From: Pristiophorus japonicus
Lineage: Eukaryota
Assembly: GCF_044704955.1 (NCBI RefSeq)
Contig: NC_091990.1
Coordinates: 135,594,001-135,658,000, forward strand
Reading direction: 5' to 3'
DNA: 64,000 bases
Shown: one piece after another, positions 51,490 through 63,933 of the stretch
Layout of the letters: each line of letters begins with the position of its first letter
How positions within the stretch are numbered: position 1 is the first letter of the stretch
Program-made: the position numbers and the translations under genes
The notes under the pieces: model-generated
Databases searched by the model: none
Seen by the model: the letters and a program-made list of their open reading frames with translations, nothing else
What the model was told of the DNA's origin: nothing

Positions 51490-52025
51490 CCCAAAATCCT
51501 GCAAATTCATTGGCAGGATAGGGACAACAATGTCAGCGTTCTCTCTCTCTCTCACCAACATCCCGAGCATCGAGGCATTGACCATGCTCAATCAGTTCCG
51601 GTGGGTGGGCTACATTGTCTGCATGCTCGATGCTAGACTCCTGAAACAAGCACTCTACTCCGAGCTCTGTCATGGCAGGCGCGTCCCAGGAGGACAGAGA
51701 AAATACTTCAACAGCACTCTGAAAACCTCCTTGAAAAAAATGCAACCTCCCCACAACTCTTGGAAATCCCTGGCCCCGCTCAAAGTGGAGGAGGAGCATC
51801 CGAAGAGACACCGAACACTTCGTGTCACTTCGCCGGGAGCACCCGGAAGCCAAGTACAAAAAGCGGAAGGAGCGTACGACAAATCAAACACTCCAACCAG
51901 CATCCGCCCCACCTGTGACAGAGACTGTAGTTCCTGCATTGGTCTCATCAGTAACCTTAGAACTCATCTTAGTGTGGAATCTAGTCATCCTCGACTCCGG
52001 GAGACTGCCTAAGAAGGAGGAGAAG
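51490..52025 (+). mobile_element. RTE LINE 3' end, degraded
   Basis: NIPSIEAL...QFRWVGY...RLLKQALYSEL..GRR.PGGQRK; CDRDC..CIGLIS.LRTH. Confidence 0.85.
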
Positions 52026-52650
52026 GGATGTAGCTATTTGCACTGGAAAATGCTCTGACAGGCTCTCCATGATCACACGACTTGATTACTGATTGATCCC
52101 CTTGAAGAATAAGCCACACCCAGAAGTTTTTCTGGAATTGGAACTGCCCAGCCGAAGTTCTGAGTGACTTTGCAAAGTGCAATTCGACCCATTCTGATTT
52201 CAGACCGCAGACAGGATAGAGTTCTCCCAGCACAAGTTCCTGACAACCCTAGCCCAAGTTCCTGACCCACACCAGCCCAAGTTCCTGACTTCCAAGCTGA
52301 AATTCCTTATCCCCACAGGCCAAGTTCATGCCCCCCACCTCCCAGCCTAAATTCGTGCTTCCACCAGCCGAAGTTCCTTATCCCCCAACCCATGTTCCTT
52401 GCCCCCACTGCCCCGCCATAGATGAGGCATTGTGTGTAAGTCAAGGATTGTTAACAGGTTTATTGGATATGAGGTGAATAGTGACAGTGTTGTGACTTTC
52501 GGATTTCATCCACTCCAATGATGTCCCTTGTCACACATGCACTGAGCTTTCCGAGAAATCGGGTGTGGGTGTAATAGGGGTTGGAAGAATGTGATCCGCC
52601 TTCCCTGAGTTACCTCTCTTTCCTCTGATCCCCTCTCCTGCTTCCTCTCT

Positions 52651-55600
52651 CGTTCCCCCAGTCCTGGCTCGCTCCCCTAGTCCGTGGCTCGCTCCCCCAG
52701 TCCGTGGCTCGCTCCCCCAGTCCGTGGCTCGTTCCCCGAGTCCGTGGCTCGTTCCCCCAGTCCGTGGCTCGTTCCCCCAGTCCGTGGCTCGCTCCCCCAG
52801 TCTGTGGCTCGTTCCCCCAGTCCGTGGCTCGCTCCCCCAGTCCGTGGCTCGCTCCCCCAGTCCGTGGCTCGCTCCCCCAGTCCGTGGCTCGCTCCCCCAG
52901 TCCGTGGCTCGCTCCCCCAGTCCGTGGCTCGTTCCCCCAGTCCGTGGCTCGTTCCCCCAGTCCGTGGCTCACTCCCCCAGTCCGTGGCTCGCTCCCCCAG
53001 TCCGTGGCTCGTTCCCCCAGTCCGTGGCTCGCTCCCCCAGTCCGTGGCTCGTTCCCCCAGTCCGTGGCTCGTTCCCCCAGTCCGTGGCTCGCTCCCCCAG
53101 TCCGTGGCTCGTTCCGCCAGTCCGTGGCTTGCTCCCCCAGTCCGTGGCTCGCTCCCCCAGTCCGTGGCTCGTTCCCCCAGTCCGTGGCTCGCTCCCCCAG
53201 TCCGTGGCTCGTTCCCCCAGTCCGTGGCTCGTTCCCCCAGTCTGTGGCTTGCTCCCCCAGTCCGTGGCTCATTCCCCCAGTCCCCGGCTCGCTCCCCCAG
53301 TCCGTGGCTCCTTCCCCCAGTCCGTGGCTCGCTCCCCCAGTCCGTGGCTCGTTCCCCCAGTCCGTGGCTTGCTCCCCCAGTCCGTGGCTCGCTCCCCCAG
53401 TCCGTGGCTCGTTCCCCCAGTCCGTGGCTCGCTCCCCCAGTCCGCGGCTCGTTCCGCAGTCCCCGGCTCGCTCCCCCAGTCCGTGGCTCGCTCCCCCAGT
53501 CCGTGGCTCGCTCCCCCAGTCCGTGGCTCATTCCCCCAGTCTGTGGCTCGCTCCCCCAGTCCGTGGCTCGTTCCCCCAGTCCGTGGCTCGTTCCCCCAGT
53601 CCGTGGCTCGCTCCCCCAGTCCTTGGCTCGCTCCCCCAGTCCCCGGCTCGCTCCCCCAGTCCGTGGCTCGTTCCCCCAGTCCCCGGCTCGCTCCCCCAGT
53701 CCGTGGCTCGCTCCCCCAGTCCGTGGCTCGCTCCCCCAGTCCGTGGCTCGCTCCCCCAGTCCGTGGCTCGTTCCCCCAGTCCGTGGCTCGCTCCCCCAGT
53801 CCGTGGCTCGCTCCCCCAGTCCTTGGCTCGTTCCCCCAGTCCCCGGCTCGCTCCCCCAGTCCGTGGCTCGCTCCCCCAGTCCGTGGCTCGTTCCCCCAGT
53901 CCGTGGCTCGCTCCCCCAGTCCGTGGCTCGCTCCCCCAGTCCGTGGCTCGCTCCCCCAGTCCGTGGCTCGCTCCCCCAGTCCGTGGCTCGCTCCCCCAGT
54001 CCGTGGCTCGCTCCCCCAGTCCGTGGCTCGCTCCCCCAGACAGCGGCTCGTTCCCCCAGTCCGCGGCTCGCTCCCCCAGTCCGCGGCTCGCTCCCCCAGT
54101 CCGCGGCTCGCTCCCCCAGTCCGCGGCTCGTTCCCCAGTCCCCGGCTCGCTCCCCCAGTCCGTGGCTCGCTCCCCCAGTCCGTGGCTCGCTCCCCCAGTC
54201 CGTGGCTCGCTCCCCCCGTCCGTGGCTCGCTCCCCCAGTCCGTGGCTCCTTCCCCCAGTCCGTGGCTCGCTCCCCCAGTCCCCGGCTCGCTCCCCCAGTC
54301 CGTGGCTCGCTCCCCCAGACAGCGGCTCGTTCCCCCAGTCCGCGGCTCGCTCCCCCAGTCCGCGGCTCGCTCCCCCAGTCCGTGGCTCGCTCCCCCAGTC
54401 CGCGGCTCGTTCCCCAGTCCCCGGCTCGCACCCCCAGTCCGTGGCTCGCTCCCCCAGTCCGTGGCTCGCTCCCCCAGTCCGTGGCTCGCTCCCCCAGTCC
54501 GTGGCTCGTTTCCCCAGTCCGTGGCTCGTTCCCCCAGTCCGTGGCTCGCTCCCCCAGTCCGTGGCTCGTTCCCCCAGTCCGTGGCTCGTTCCCCCAGTCC
54601 GTGGCTCGCTCCCCCAGTCCGTGGCTCGTTCCCCCAGTCCGTGGCTCGCTCCCCCAGTCCGTGGCTCGCTCCCCCAGTCCGTGGCTCGCTCCCCCAGTCC
54701 GTGGCTCGTTCCCCCAGTCTGTGGCTCGCTCCCCCAGTCCGTGGCTCGCTCCCCCAGTCCGTGGCTCGTTCCCCCAGTCTGTGGCTCGCTCCCCCAGTCC
54801 GTGGCTCATTCCCCCAGTCCCCGGCTCGCTCCCCCAGTCCGTGGCTCCTTCCCCCAGTCCGTGGCTCGCTCCCCCAGTCCGTGGCTCGTTCCCCCAGTCC
54901 GTGGCTCGCTCCCCCAGTCCGTGGCTCGTTCCCCCAGTCCGTGGCTCGCTCCCCCAGTCCGCGGCTCGTTCCCCAGTCCCCGGCTCGCTCCCCCAGTCCG
55001 TGGCTCGCTCCCCCAGTCCGTGGCTCGCTCCCCCAGTCCGTGGCTCGTTCCCCCAGTCTGTGGCTCGCTCCCCCAGTCCGTGGCTCGCTCCCCCAGTCCG
55101 TGGCTCGTTCCCCCAGTCCGTGGCTCGCTCCCCCAGTCCTTGGCTCGCTCCCCCAGTCCCCGGCTCGCTCCCCCAGTCCGTGGCTCGTTCCCCCAGTCCC
55201 CAGCTCGCTCCCCCAGTCCGTGGCTCGCTCCCCCAGTCCGTGGCTCGCTCCCCCAGTCCGTGGCTCGCTCCCCCAGTCCGTGGCTCGTTCCCCCAGTCCG
55301 TGGCTCGTTCCCCCAGTCCGTGGCTCGCTCCCCCAGTCCGTGGCTCGCTCCCCCAGTCCGTGGCTCGCTCCCCCAGTCCGTGGCTCGTTTCCCCAGTCCG
55401 TGGCTCGTTCCCCCAGTCTGTGGCTCGCTCCCCCAGTCCGTGGCTCGCTCCCCCAGTCCGTGGCTCGTTCCCTCAGTCTGTGGCTCGCTCCCCCAGTCCG
55501 TGGCTCATTCCCCCAGTCCCCGGCTCGCTCCCCCAGTCCGTGGCTCCTTCCCCCAGTCCGTGGCTCGCTCCCCCAGTCCGTGGCTCGTTCCCCCAGTCCG

Positions 55601-58600
55601 TGGCTTGCTCCCCCAGTCCGTGGCTCGCTCCCCCAGTCCGTGGCTCGTTCCCCCAGTCCGTGGCTCGCTCCCCCAGTCCGCGGCTCGTTCCCCAGTCCCC
55701 GGCTCGCTCCCCCAGTCCATGGCTCGCTCCCCCAGTCCGTGGCTCGCTCCCCCAGTCCGTGGCTCGTTCCCCCAGTCCGTGGCTCGTTCCCCCAGTCCGT
55801 GGCTCGTTCCCCCAGTCCGTGGCTCGCTCCCCCAGTCCGTGGCTCGCTCCCCCAGTCCGTGGCTGGTTCCCCCAGTCCCCGGCTCGCTCCCCCAGTCCGT
55901 GGCTCCTTCCCCCAGTCCGTGGCTCGCTCCCCCAGTCCGTGGCTCGCTCTCCCAGTCCGTGGCTCATTCCCCCAGTCCGTGGCTCGTTCCCCCAGTCCGT
56001 GGCTCGTTCCCCCAGTCCGTGGCTCGCTCCCCCAGTCCGTGGCTCGTTCCCCCAGTCCGTGGCTCGCTCCCCCAGTCCGTGGCTCGCTCCCCCAGTCCGT
56101 GGCTCATTCCCCCAGTCCGTGGCTCGTTCCCCCAGTCCGTGGCTCGCTCCCCCAGTCCGTGGCTCGCTCCCCCAGTCCGTGGCTCGTTCCCCCTGTCCCC
56201 AGCTCGCTCCCCCAGTCCGTGGCTCGCTCCCCCAGTCCGTGGCTCATTCCCCCAGTCCGTGGCTCGTTCCCCCAGTCCGTGGCTCGCTCCCCCAGTCCCC
56301 GGCTCGCTCCCCCAGTCCGTGGCTCGCTCCCCCAGTCCGTGGCTCGTTCCCCCAGTCCGTGGCTCGTTCCCCCAGTCCCCGGCTCGCTCCCCCAGTCCCC
56401 GGCTCGCTCCCCCAGTCCGTGGCTCATTCCCCCAGTCCGTGGCTCATTCCCCCAGTCCGTGGCTCGCTCCCCCAGTCCGTGGCTCGCTCCCCCCCTCCCC
56501 CAGTCCGTGGCTCGCTCCCCAGTCCGTGGCTCGCTCCCCCAGTCCGTGGCTCGCTCCCCCAGTCCGTGGCTCGTTCCCCCAGTCCGTGGCTCGCTCCCCC
56601 AGTCCGTGGCTCGCTCCCCCAGTCCGTGGCTCGCTCCCCCAGTCCGTGGCTCGCTCCCCCAGTCCGTGGCTCGCTCCCCCAGTCCGTGGCTCGCTCCCCC
56701 AGTCCGTGGCTCGTTCCCCCAGTCCCCGGCTCGCTCCCCCAGTCCGTGGCTCGTTCCCCCAGTCCGTGGCTCGTTCCCCCAGTCCGTGGCTCGCTCCCCC
56801 AGTCCGTGGCTCGCTCCCCCAGTCCGTGGCTCGCTCCTCCAGTCCGTGGCTCGTTCCCCCAGTCCGTGGCTCGTTCCCCCAGTCCGTGGCTCGTTCCCCC
56901 AGTCCGTGGCTCGTTCCCCCAGTCCGCGGCTCGCTCCCCCAGTCCCCGGCTCGCTCCCCCTGTCCGTGGCTCGCTCCCCCAGTCCGTGGCTCGCTCCCCC
57001 AGTCCGTGGCTCGCTCCCCCAGTCCTTGGCTCGCTCCCCCAGTCCCCGGCTCGCTCCCCCTGTCCGTGGCTCGCTCCCCCAGTCCGTGGCTCGTTCCCCC
57101 AGTCCGTGGCTCGCTCCCCCAGTCCGTGGCTCGCTCCCCCAGTCCGTGGCTCGCTCCCCCAGTCCGTGGCTCGCTCCCCCAGTCCGTGGCTCGCTCCCCC
57201 AGTCCGTGGCTCGCTCCCCCAGTCCGTGGCTCGCTCCCCCAGACAGCGGCTCGTTCCCCCAGTCCGCGGCTCGCTCCCCCAGTCCGCGGCTCGCTCCCCC
57301 AGTCCGCGGCTCGCTCCCCCAGTCCGCGGCTCGTTCCCCAGTCCCCGGCTCGCTCCCCCAGTCCGTGGCTCGCTCCCCCAGTCCGTGGCTCGCTCCCCCA
57401 GTCCGTGGCTCGCTCCCCCAGTCCGTGGCTCGCTCCCCCAGTCCGTGGCTCCTTCCCCCAGTCCGTGGCTCGCTCCCCCAGTCCCCGGCTCGCTCCCCCA
57501 GTCCGTGGCTCGCTCCCCCAGACAGCGGCTCGTTCCCCCAGTCCGCGGCTCGCTCCCCCAGTCCGCGGCTCGCTCCCCCAGTCCGTGGCTCGCTCCCCCA
57601 GTCCGCGGCTCGTTCCCCAGTCCCCGGCTCGCACCCCCAGTCCGTGGCTCGCTCCCCCAGTCCGTGGCTCGCTCCCCCAGTCCGTGGCTCGCTCCCCCAG
57701 TCCGTGGCTCGTTTCCCCAGTCCGTGGCTCGTTCCCCCAGTCCGTGGCTCGCTCCCCCAGTCTGTGGCTCGTTCCCCCAGTCCGTGGCTCGTTCCCCCAG
57801 TCTGTGGCTCGCTCCCCCAGTCCGTGGCTCGTTCCCCCAGTCCGTGGCTCGCTCCCCCAGTCCGTGGCTCGCTCCCCCAGTCCGTGGCTCGCTCCCCCAG
57901 TCCGTGGCTCGTTCCCCCAGTCTGTGGCTCGCTCCCCCAGTCCGTGGCTCGCTCCCCCAGTCCGTGGCTCGTTCCCCCAGTCTGTGGCTCGCTCCCCCAG
58001 TCCGTGGCTCATTCCCCCAGTCCCCGGCTCGCTCCCCCAGTCCGTGGCTCCTTCCCCCAGTCCGTGGCTCGCTCCCCCAGTCCGTGGCTCGTTCCCCCAG
58101 TCCGTGGCTCGCTCCCCCAGTCCGTGGCTCGTTCCCCCAGTCCGTGGCTCGCTCCCCCAGTCCGCGGCTCGTTCCCCAGTCCCCGGCTCGCTCCCCCAGT
58201 CCGTGGCTCGCTCCCCCAGTCCGTGGCTCGCTCCCCCAGTCCGTGGCTCGTTCCCCCAGTCTGTGGCTCGCTCCCCCAGTCCGTGGCTCGCTCCCCCAGT
58301 CCGTGGCTCGTTCCCCCAGTCCGTGGCTCGCTCCCCCAGTCCTTGGCTCGCTCCCCCAGTCCCCGGCTCGCTCCCCCAGTCCGTGGCTCGTTCCCCCAGT
58401 CCCCAGCTCGCTCCCCCAGTCCGTGGCTCGCTCCCCCAGTCCGTGGCTCGCTCCCCCAGTCCGTGGCTCGCTCCCCCAGTCCGTGGCTCGTTCCCCCAGT
58501 CCGTGGCTCGTTCCCCCAGTCCGTGGCTCGCTCCCCCAGTCCGTGGCTCGCTCCCCCAGTCCGTGGCTCGCTCCCCCAGTCCGTGGCTCGTTCCCCCAGT

Positions 58601-60533
58601 CCGTGGCTCGTTCCCCCAGTCTGTGGCTCGCTCCCCCAGTCCGTGGCTCGCTCCCCCAGTCCGTGGCTCGTTCCCTCAGTCTGTGGCTCGCTCCCCCAGT
58701 CCGTGGCTCATTCCCCCAGTCCCCGGCTCGCTCCCCCAGTCCGTGGCTCCTTCCCCCAGTCCGTGGCTCGCTCCCCCAGTCCGTGGCTCGTTCCCCCAGT
58801 CCGTGGCTTGCTCCCCCAGTCCGTGGCTCGCTCCCCCAGTCCGTGGCTCGTTCCCCCAGTCCGTGGCTCGCTCCCCCAGTCCGCGGCTCGTTCCCCAGTC
58901 CCCGGCTCGCTCCCCCAGTCCATGGCTCGCTCCCCCAGTCCGTGGCTCGCTCCCCCAGTCCGTGGCTCGTTCCCCCAGTCCGTGGCTCGTTCCCCCAGTC
59001 CGTGGCTCGTTCCCCCAGTCCGTGGCTCGCTCCCCCAGTCCGTGGCTCGCTCCCCCAGTCCGTGGCTGGTTCCCCCAGTCCCCGGCTCGCTCCCCCAGTC
59101 CGTGGCTCCTTCCCCCAGTCCGTGGCTCGCTCCCCCAGTCCGTGGCTCGCTCTCCCAGTCCGTGGCTCATTCCCCCAGTCCGTGGCTCGTTCCCCCAGTC
59201 CGTGGCTCGTTCCCCCAGTCCGTGGCTCGCTCCCCCAGTCCGTGGCTCGTTCCCCCAGTCCGTGGCTCGCTCCCCCAGTCCGTGGCTCGCTCCCCCAGTC
59301 CGTGGCTCATTCCCCCAGTCCGTGGCTCGTTCCCCCAGTCCGTGGCTCGCTCCCCCAGTCCGTGGCTCGCTCCCCCAGTCCGTGGCTCGTTCCCCCTGTC
59401 CCCAGCTCGCTCCCCCAGTCCGTGGCTCGCTCCCCCAGTCCGTGGCTCATTCCCCCAGTCCGTGGCTCGTTCCCCCAGTCCGTGGCTCGCTCCCCCAGTC
59501 CCCGGCTCGCTCCCCCAGTCCGTGGCTCGCTCCCCCAGTCCGTGGCTCGTTCCCCCAGTCCGTGGCTCGTTCCCCCAGTCCCCGGCTCGCTCCCCCAGTC
59601 CCCGGCTCGCTCCCCCAGTCCGTGGCTCATTCCCCCAGTCCGTGGCTCATTCCCCCAGTCCGTGGCTCGCTCCCCCAGTCCGTGGCTCGCTCCCCCCCTC
59701 CCCCAGTCCGTGGCTCGCTCCCCAGTCCGTGGCTCGCTCCCCCAGTCCGTGGCTCGCTCCCCCAGTCCGTGGCTCGTTCCCCCAGTCCGTGGCTCGCTCC
59801 CCCAGTCCGTGGCTCGCTCCCCCAGTCCGTGGCTCGCTCCCCCAGTCCGTGGCTCGCTCCCCCAGTCCGTGGCTCGCTCCCCCAGTCCGTGGCTCGCTCC
59901 CCCAGTCCGTGGCTCGTTCCCCCAGTCCCCGGCTCGCTCCCCCAGTCCGTGGCTCGTTCCCCCAGTCCGTGGCTCGTTCCCCCAGTCCGTGGCTCGCTCC
60001 CCCAGTCCGTGGCTCGCTCCCCCAGTCCGTGGCTCGCTCCTCCAGTCCGTGGCTCGTTCCCCCAGTCCGTGGCTCGTTCCCCCAGTCCGTGGCTCGTTCC
60101 CCCAGTCCGTGGCTCGTTCCCCCAGTCCGCGGCTCGCTCCCCCAGTCCCCGGCTCGCTCCCCCTGTCCGTGGCTCGCTCCCCCAGTCCGTGGCTCGCTCC
60201 CCCAGTCCGTGGCTCGCTCCCCCAGTCCGTGGCTCGCTCCCCCAGTCCCCGGCTCGCTCCCCCTGTCCGTGGCTCGCTCCCCCAGTCCGTGGCTCATTCC
60301 CCCAGTCCATGGCTCGCTCCCCCAGTCCGTGGCTCATTCCCCCAGTCCCCGGCTCGCTCCCCCAGTCCGTGGCTCGCTCCCCCTGTCCGTGGCTCGCTCC
60401 CCCAGTCCGTGGCTCGCTCCCCCAGTCCGTGGCTCGCTCCCCCGGCTCGCTCCCCCCTCCCCCAGTCCCCGGCTCGCTCCCCCCCTCCCCCAGTCCCCGG
60501 CTCGCTCCCCCAGTCCCCGGCTCACTCCCCCCC
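52651..60533. repeat. 20-bp minisatellite (CCCCCAGTCCGTGGCTCGYT)n, ~395 units
   Basis: Directly visible; variant units recur with a 3203-bp period. Confidence 0.99.
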
Positions 60534-61099
60534 ACCCCACCCCGTCTCTCACATTTGCAATCGAAAAATGCGCTGTTTCGATCCCATTGATCACATGACC
60601 TGATTGGTCCCCTTGGAGGATAAGACACACCCAGCAGTTTCTCTGGAATGTGTCATTAGAACCACACAGCCCAAGTTCTTAGTGACTTTACATCGTGCAA
60701 TTCGAGCCATTCTGACTGTCGACTTCAGACAGGAGAGAGCTCCCCATCCCAGCCCAAGTTCCTGACAATCCCCCCAGCCCAAGTTCCTGACACCCGCCTC
60801 CCCCCCCAGACCAAGTTCCTGAAGCACCCCCCCAGCCTAAGTTCATGTCCCCCCCAGTCAAATTTCCTAAATTCCTCCCACACCACAAGTTCCTGCCAAA
60901 TCCCAGCCCAAGTTCCTGACCGCCCCCCCACCCCGCCGCGTAAGTTCATGCCCCATCCCAGTCCAAGTTTGTTGCTTTTCGAACGCTAACCCAAAAACCC
61001 TAGTAGCTGACAATAGATACTGACCCAAATAATGCAGGATGAATCAAACACATGGCAGAAATAATGTAAAAAATGTAATGACATTTATTGTCGCGGTCG

Positions 61100-62273
61100 G
61101 CAGCAGCTCTGGGGTCGGACTTGCAACGCTCCGGGGTCAGACTAGCAAAGCTCTGGGGTCGGACTGGCAACGCTCCGGGGTCGGACTGGCAACGCTCCGG
61201 GGTCAGACTAGAAAAGCTCTAGGGTCGGACTGGCAACGCTCCGGGGTCGGACTGGCAAAGCTCTGGGGTCGGACTGGCAAAGCTCTGGAGTCGGACTGGC
61301 AACGCTCCGGGATCGGACTAGCAACGCTCCGGGGTCGGACTAGCAAAGTTCTGGGGTCGGACTGGCAAAGCTCTGGGGTCGGACTAGCAAAGCTCTGGGG
61401 TTGGACTGGCAAAGCTCTGGGGTCGGACTAGCAAAGCTCTGGGGTCGGACTGGCAACGCTCCGGGATCGGACTAGCAAAGCTCCGGGATCGGACTAGCAA
61501 AGCTCCGGGATCGGACTAGCAAAGTTCTGGGGTCGGACTGGCAAAGCTCTGGGGTCGGACTAGCAAAGCTCTGGGGTTGGACTGGCAAAGCTCTGGGGTC
61601 GGACTAGCAAAGCTCCGGGGTCGGACTGGCAAAGCTCTGGGGTTGGACTGGCAAAGCTCTGGGGTCGGACTAGCAAAGCTCTGGGGTCGGACTGGCAAAG
61701 CTCTGGGGTCGGACTAGCAAAGCTCTGGGGTCGGACTGGCAACGCTCCGGGATCGGACTAGCAAAGCTCCGGGATCGGACTAGCAAAGCTCCGGGGTCGG
61801 ACTGGCAAAGCTCTGGGGTCGGACTGGCAAAGCTCCGGGATTGGACTAGCAAAGCTCCGGGATCGGACTAGCAAAGCTCCGGGGTCGGACTGGCAAAGCT
61901 CTGGGGTCGGACTGGCAAAGCTCCGGGATCGGACTGGCAAAGCTCTGGGGTCGGACTGGCAAAGCTCTGGGGTCGGACTAGCAAAGCTCTGGGATCGGAC
62001 TGGCAACGCTCCGGGATCGGACTAGCAAAGCTCCGGGATCAGACTAGCAAAGCTCTGGGGTCGGACTGGCAAAGTTCTGGGGTCGGACTGGCAAAGCTCT
62101 GGGGTCGGACTGGCAAAGCTCCGGGATCGGACTAGCAAAGCTCCGGGGTCGGACTGGCAAAGCTCTGGGGTCGGACTGGCAAAGCTCCGGGATCGGACTG
62201 GCAAAGCTCTGGGGTCGGACTGGCAACGCTCCGGGGTCGGACTGGCAACGCTCCGGGGTCAGACTAACAAAGC
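61100..62273. repeat. 22-bp minisatellite (GCAAAGCTCYGGGRTCGGACTR)n, ~53 units
   Basis: Directly visible. Confidence 0.98.
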
Positions 62274-62440
62274 AATGCAGTCGGCAGCAGCACAGCTCCT
62301 CATGATGCAGGCCCCACTTCTGTTTTCGGATTCGAGGAGTCTGCGCATACACGGGATAGAGGGGGGCGGAGTCCAGAGCGGTCGTGCGCATGCGTAGCAC
62401 GTCGGGGGTGGAGTCCTGGGCGCACATGCGTTGAAGGACA

Positions 62441-63933
62441 TAAGAATATAAGAAATAGGAGCAGGAGTTGAAATTGCAGCAGCAGTAGGCAATTTGGCCC
62501 TTCGAGTCTGCTCCGTCATTCAATAAGATCATGGCTGATCTAATCATAGACTCAGCTCCATTTTTCCCTGCCTGCTCCCCATAACCCTTTACTCCCTTAT
62601 CGCTCAAAAATCTGTCTATCTCTGCGTTAAATATATTCAATGACCCAGCCTCCACAGCTCTCTGAAGCACAGAATTCCATAGATTTACAACCCTCTGAGA
62701 GAAGAAATTTCTCTTCATCTCAATTTTTAATGGGCGGCCCCTTATTCTGAGACTATGCCCCTAGTTTTAGTTTCCCCTATGAGTGGAAATATCCTCTCTG
62801 CATCCACCTTGTCGAACCCCCTCATTACCTTATGTTTTAATAAGATTACACCTCATTCTTCTGAACTCCAAAGTGCATACTCAACCTATCTTCATAAGTC
62901 AACCCCTCATTTTCAGAATCAACCGAGTGAACCTTCTCTGAACAGCCTCCAATGCATGTATATCCTTCCTTAAATACGGAGGCCAAAACTATATGCAGTA
63001 CTCCAGGTGTGGCCTTACCAATGCACTGTACAGTTGTAGCAAGACTTCTCTGCTCTAACCCCCTTGCAATAAAGGCCAACATTCCATTTGCCTTCCTGAT
63101 TACTTACTGTACCTGCATCCTAACCTTTTGTGTTTCATGCACAAGGACCCCCAGGTCCCTCTGTACTACAGCACTTTGCAATTTTTCTCCATTTAAATTA
63201 TAATTTGCTTTTCTATGTTTTCTGTCAAAGTGGATAACCTCACATTTTCCCACCTTATACTCCATCTGCCAAATTTTTGCCCACTCACTTAGCCTGTCTA
63301 TATCCCTTTGCAGATTTTTTTGTGTCCTCCTCACAATTTGCTTTCCCACCCATCTTTGTATCATCAGCAAACTTGGCTACATTACACTCGGTCCCTTCAT
63401 CCAAATCATTAATATAGATTGTAATAGTTGAGGACCCAGCACCGATCCCTGCGGCACCCACTAGTCACTGTTTGCCAACCGGAAAATGACCCATTTATCC
63501 CGACTCTCTGTTTTCTGTTAGTTAGCCAATCCTCTATCCATGCTAATAGATTACTCCCAACCCTGTGAACTTTTATCTTGTGCAGTAACCTTTTACGTGC
63601 CACCTTATCGAATACCTTCTGGACATCCAAATACACCACATCCACTGGTTCCCCCTTATCCACCCTTCTTGTTACATCCTCAAAGAATTCCAGCAAATTT
63701 TTCAAACATGATTTTCCGTTTCATAAAACCATGCTGACTTTGCTTGACGGTACTATGATTTTCTAAATATCCCATTACTGCTTCCTTAATAATGGACTCC
63801 AGCATTTTCCCGACGACAGATGTTAGGCGAACAAAAAAAAAACAATTTTATCAGTCTTTCTGTGGAATTGGTTTGAAATTAAACACAAACTGGTCTATAG
63901 TTTCTTGCTTTCTGTCTGCCTCCTTTTTAAAAT
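62441..63933 (-). mobile_element. CR1 LINE, 5'-truncated
   Basis: Minus-strand RT motifs ([29 protein letters not shown]); candidate 7-bp TSD AAGGACA (62434-62440, 63934-63940). Confidence 0.92.

Noticed and set aside
26471-52000. Exons of syntenic downstream genes (e.g. FAM180B, C1QTNF4)
   Set aside because: No recognisable coding sequence found by eye; small exons could have been missed.
52684-60603. Three ~2,630-aa Pro/Ser-rich ORFs (and the antisense Gly/Glu-rich ORFs) as protein genes
   Set aside because: They arise because the 20-bp unit has no stop codon in any + frame; 1-bp unit deletions shift frames freely, and the starts are non-ATG.
52651-62273. CRISPR array
   Set aside because: Contiguous tandem units with no unique spacers, no cas genes, and a vertebrate context.
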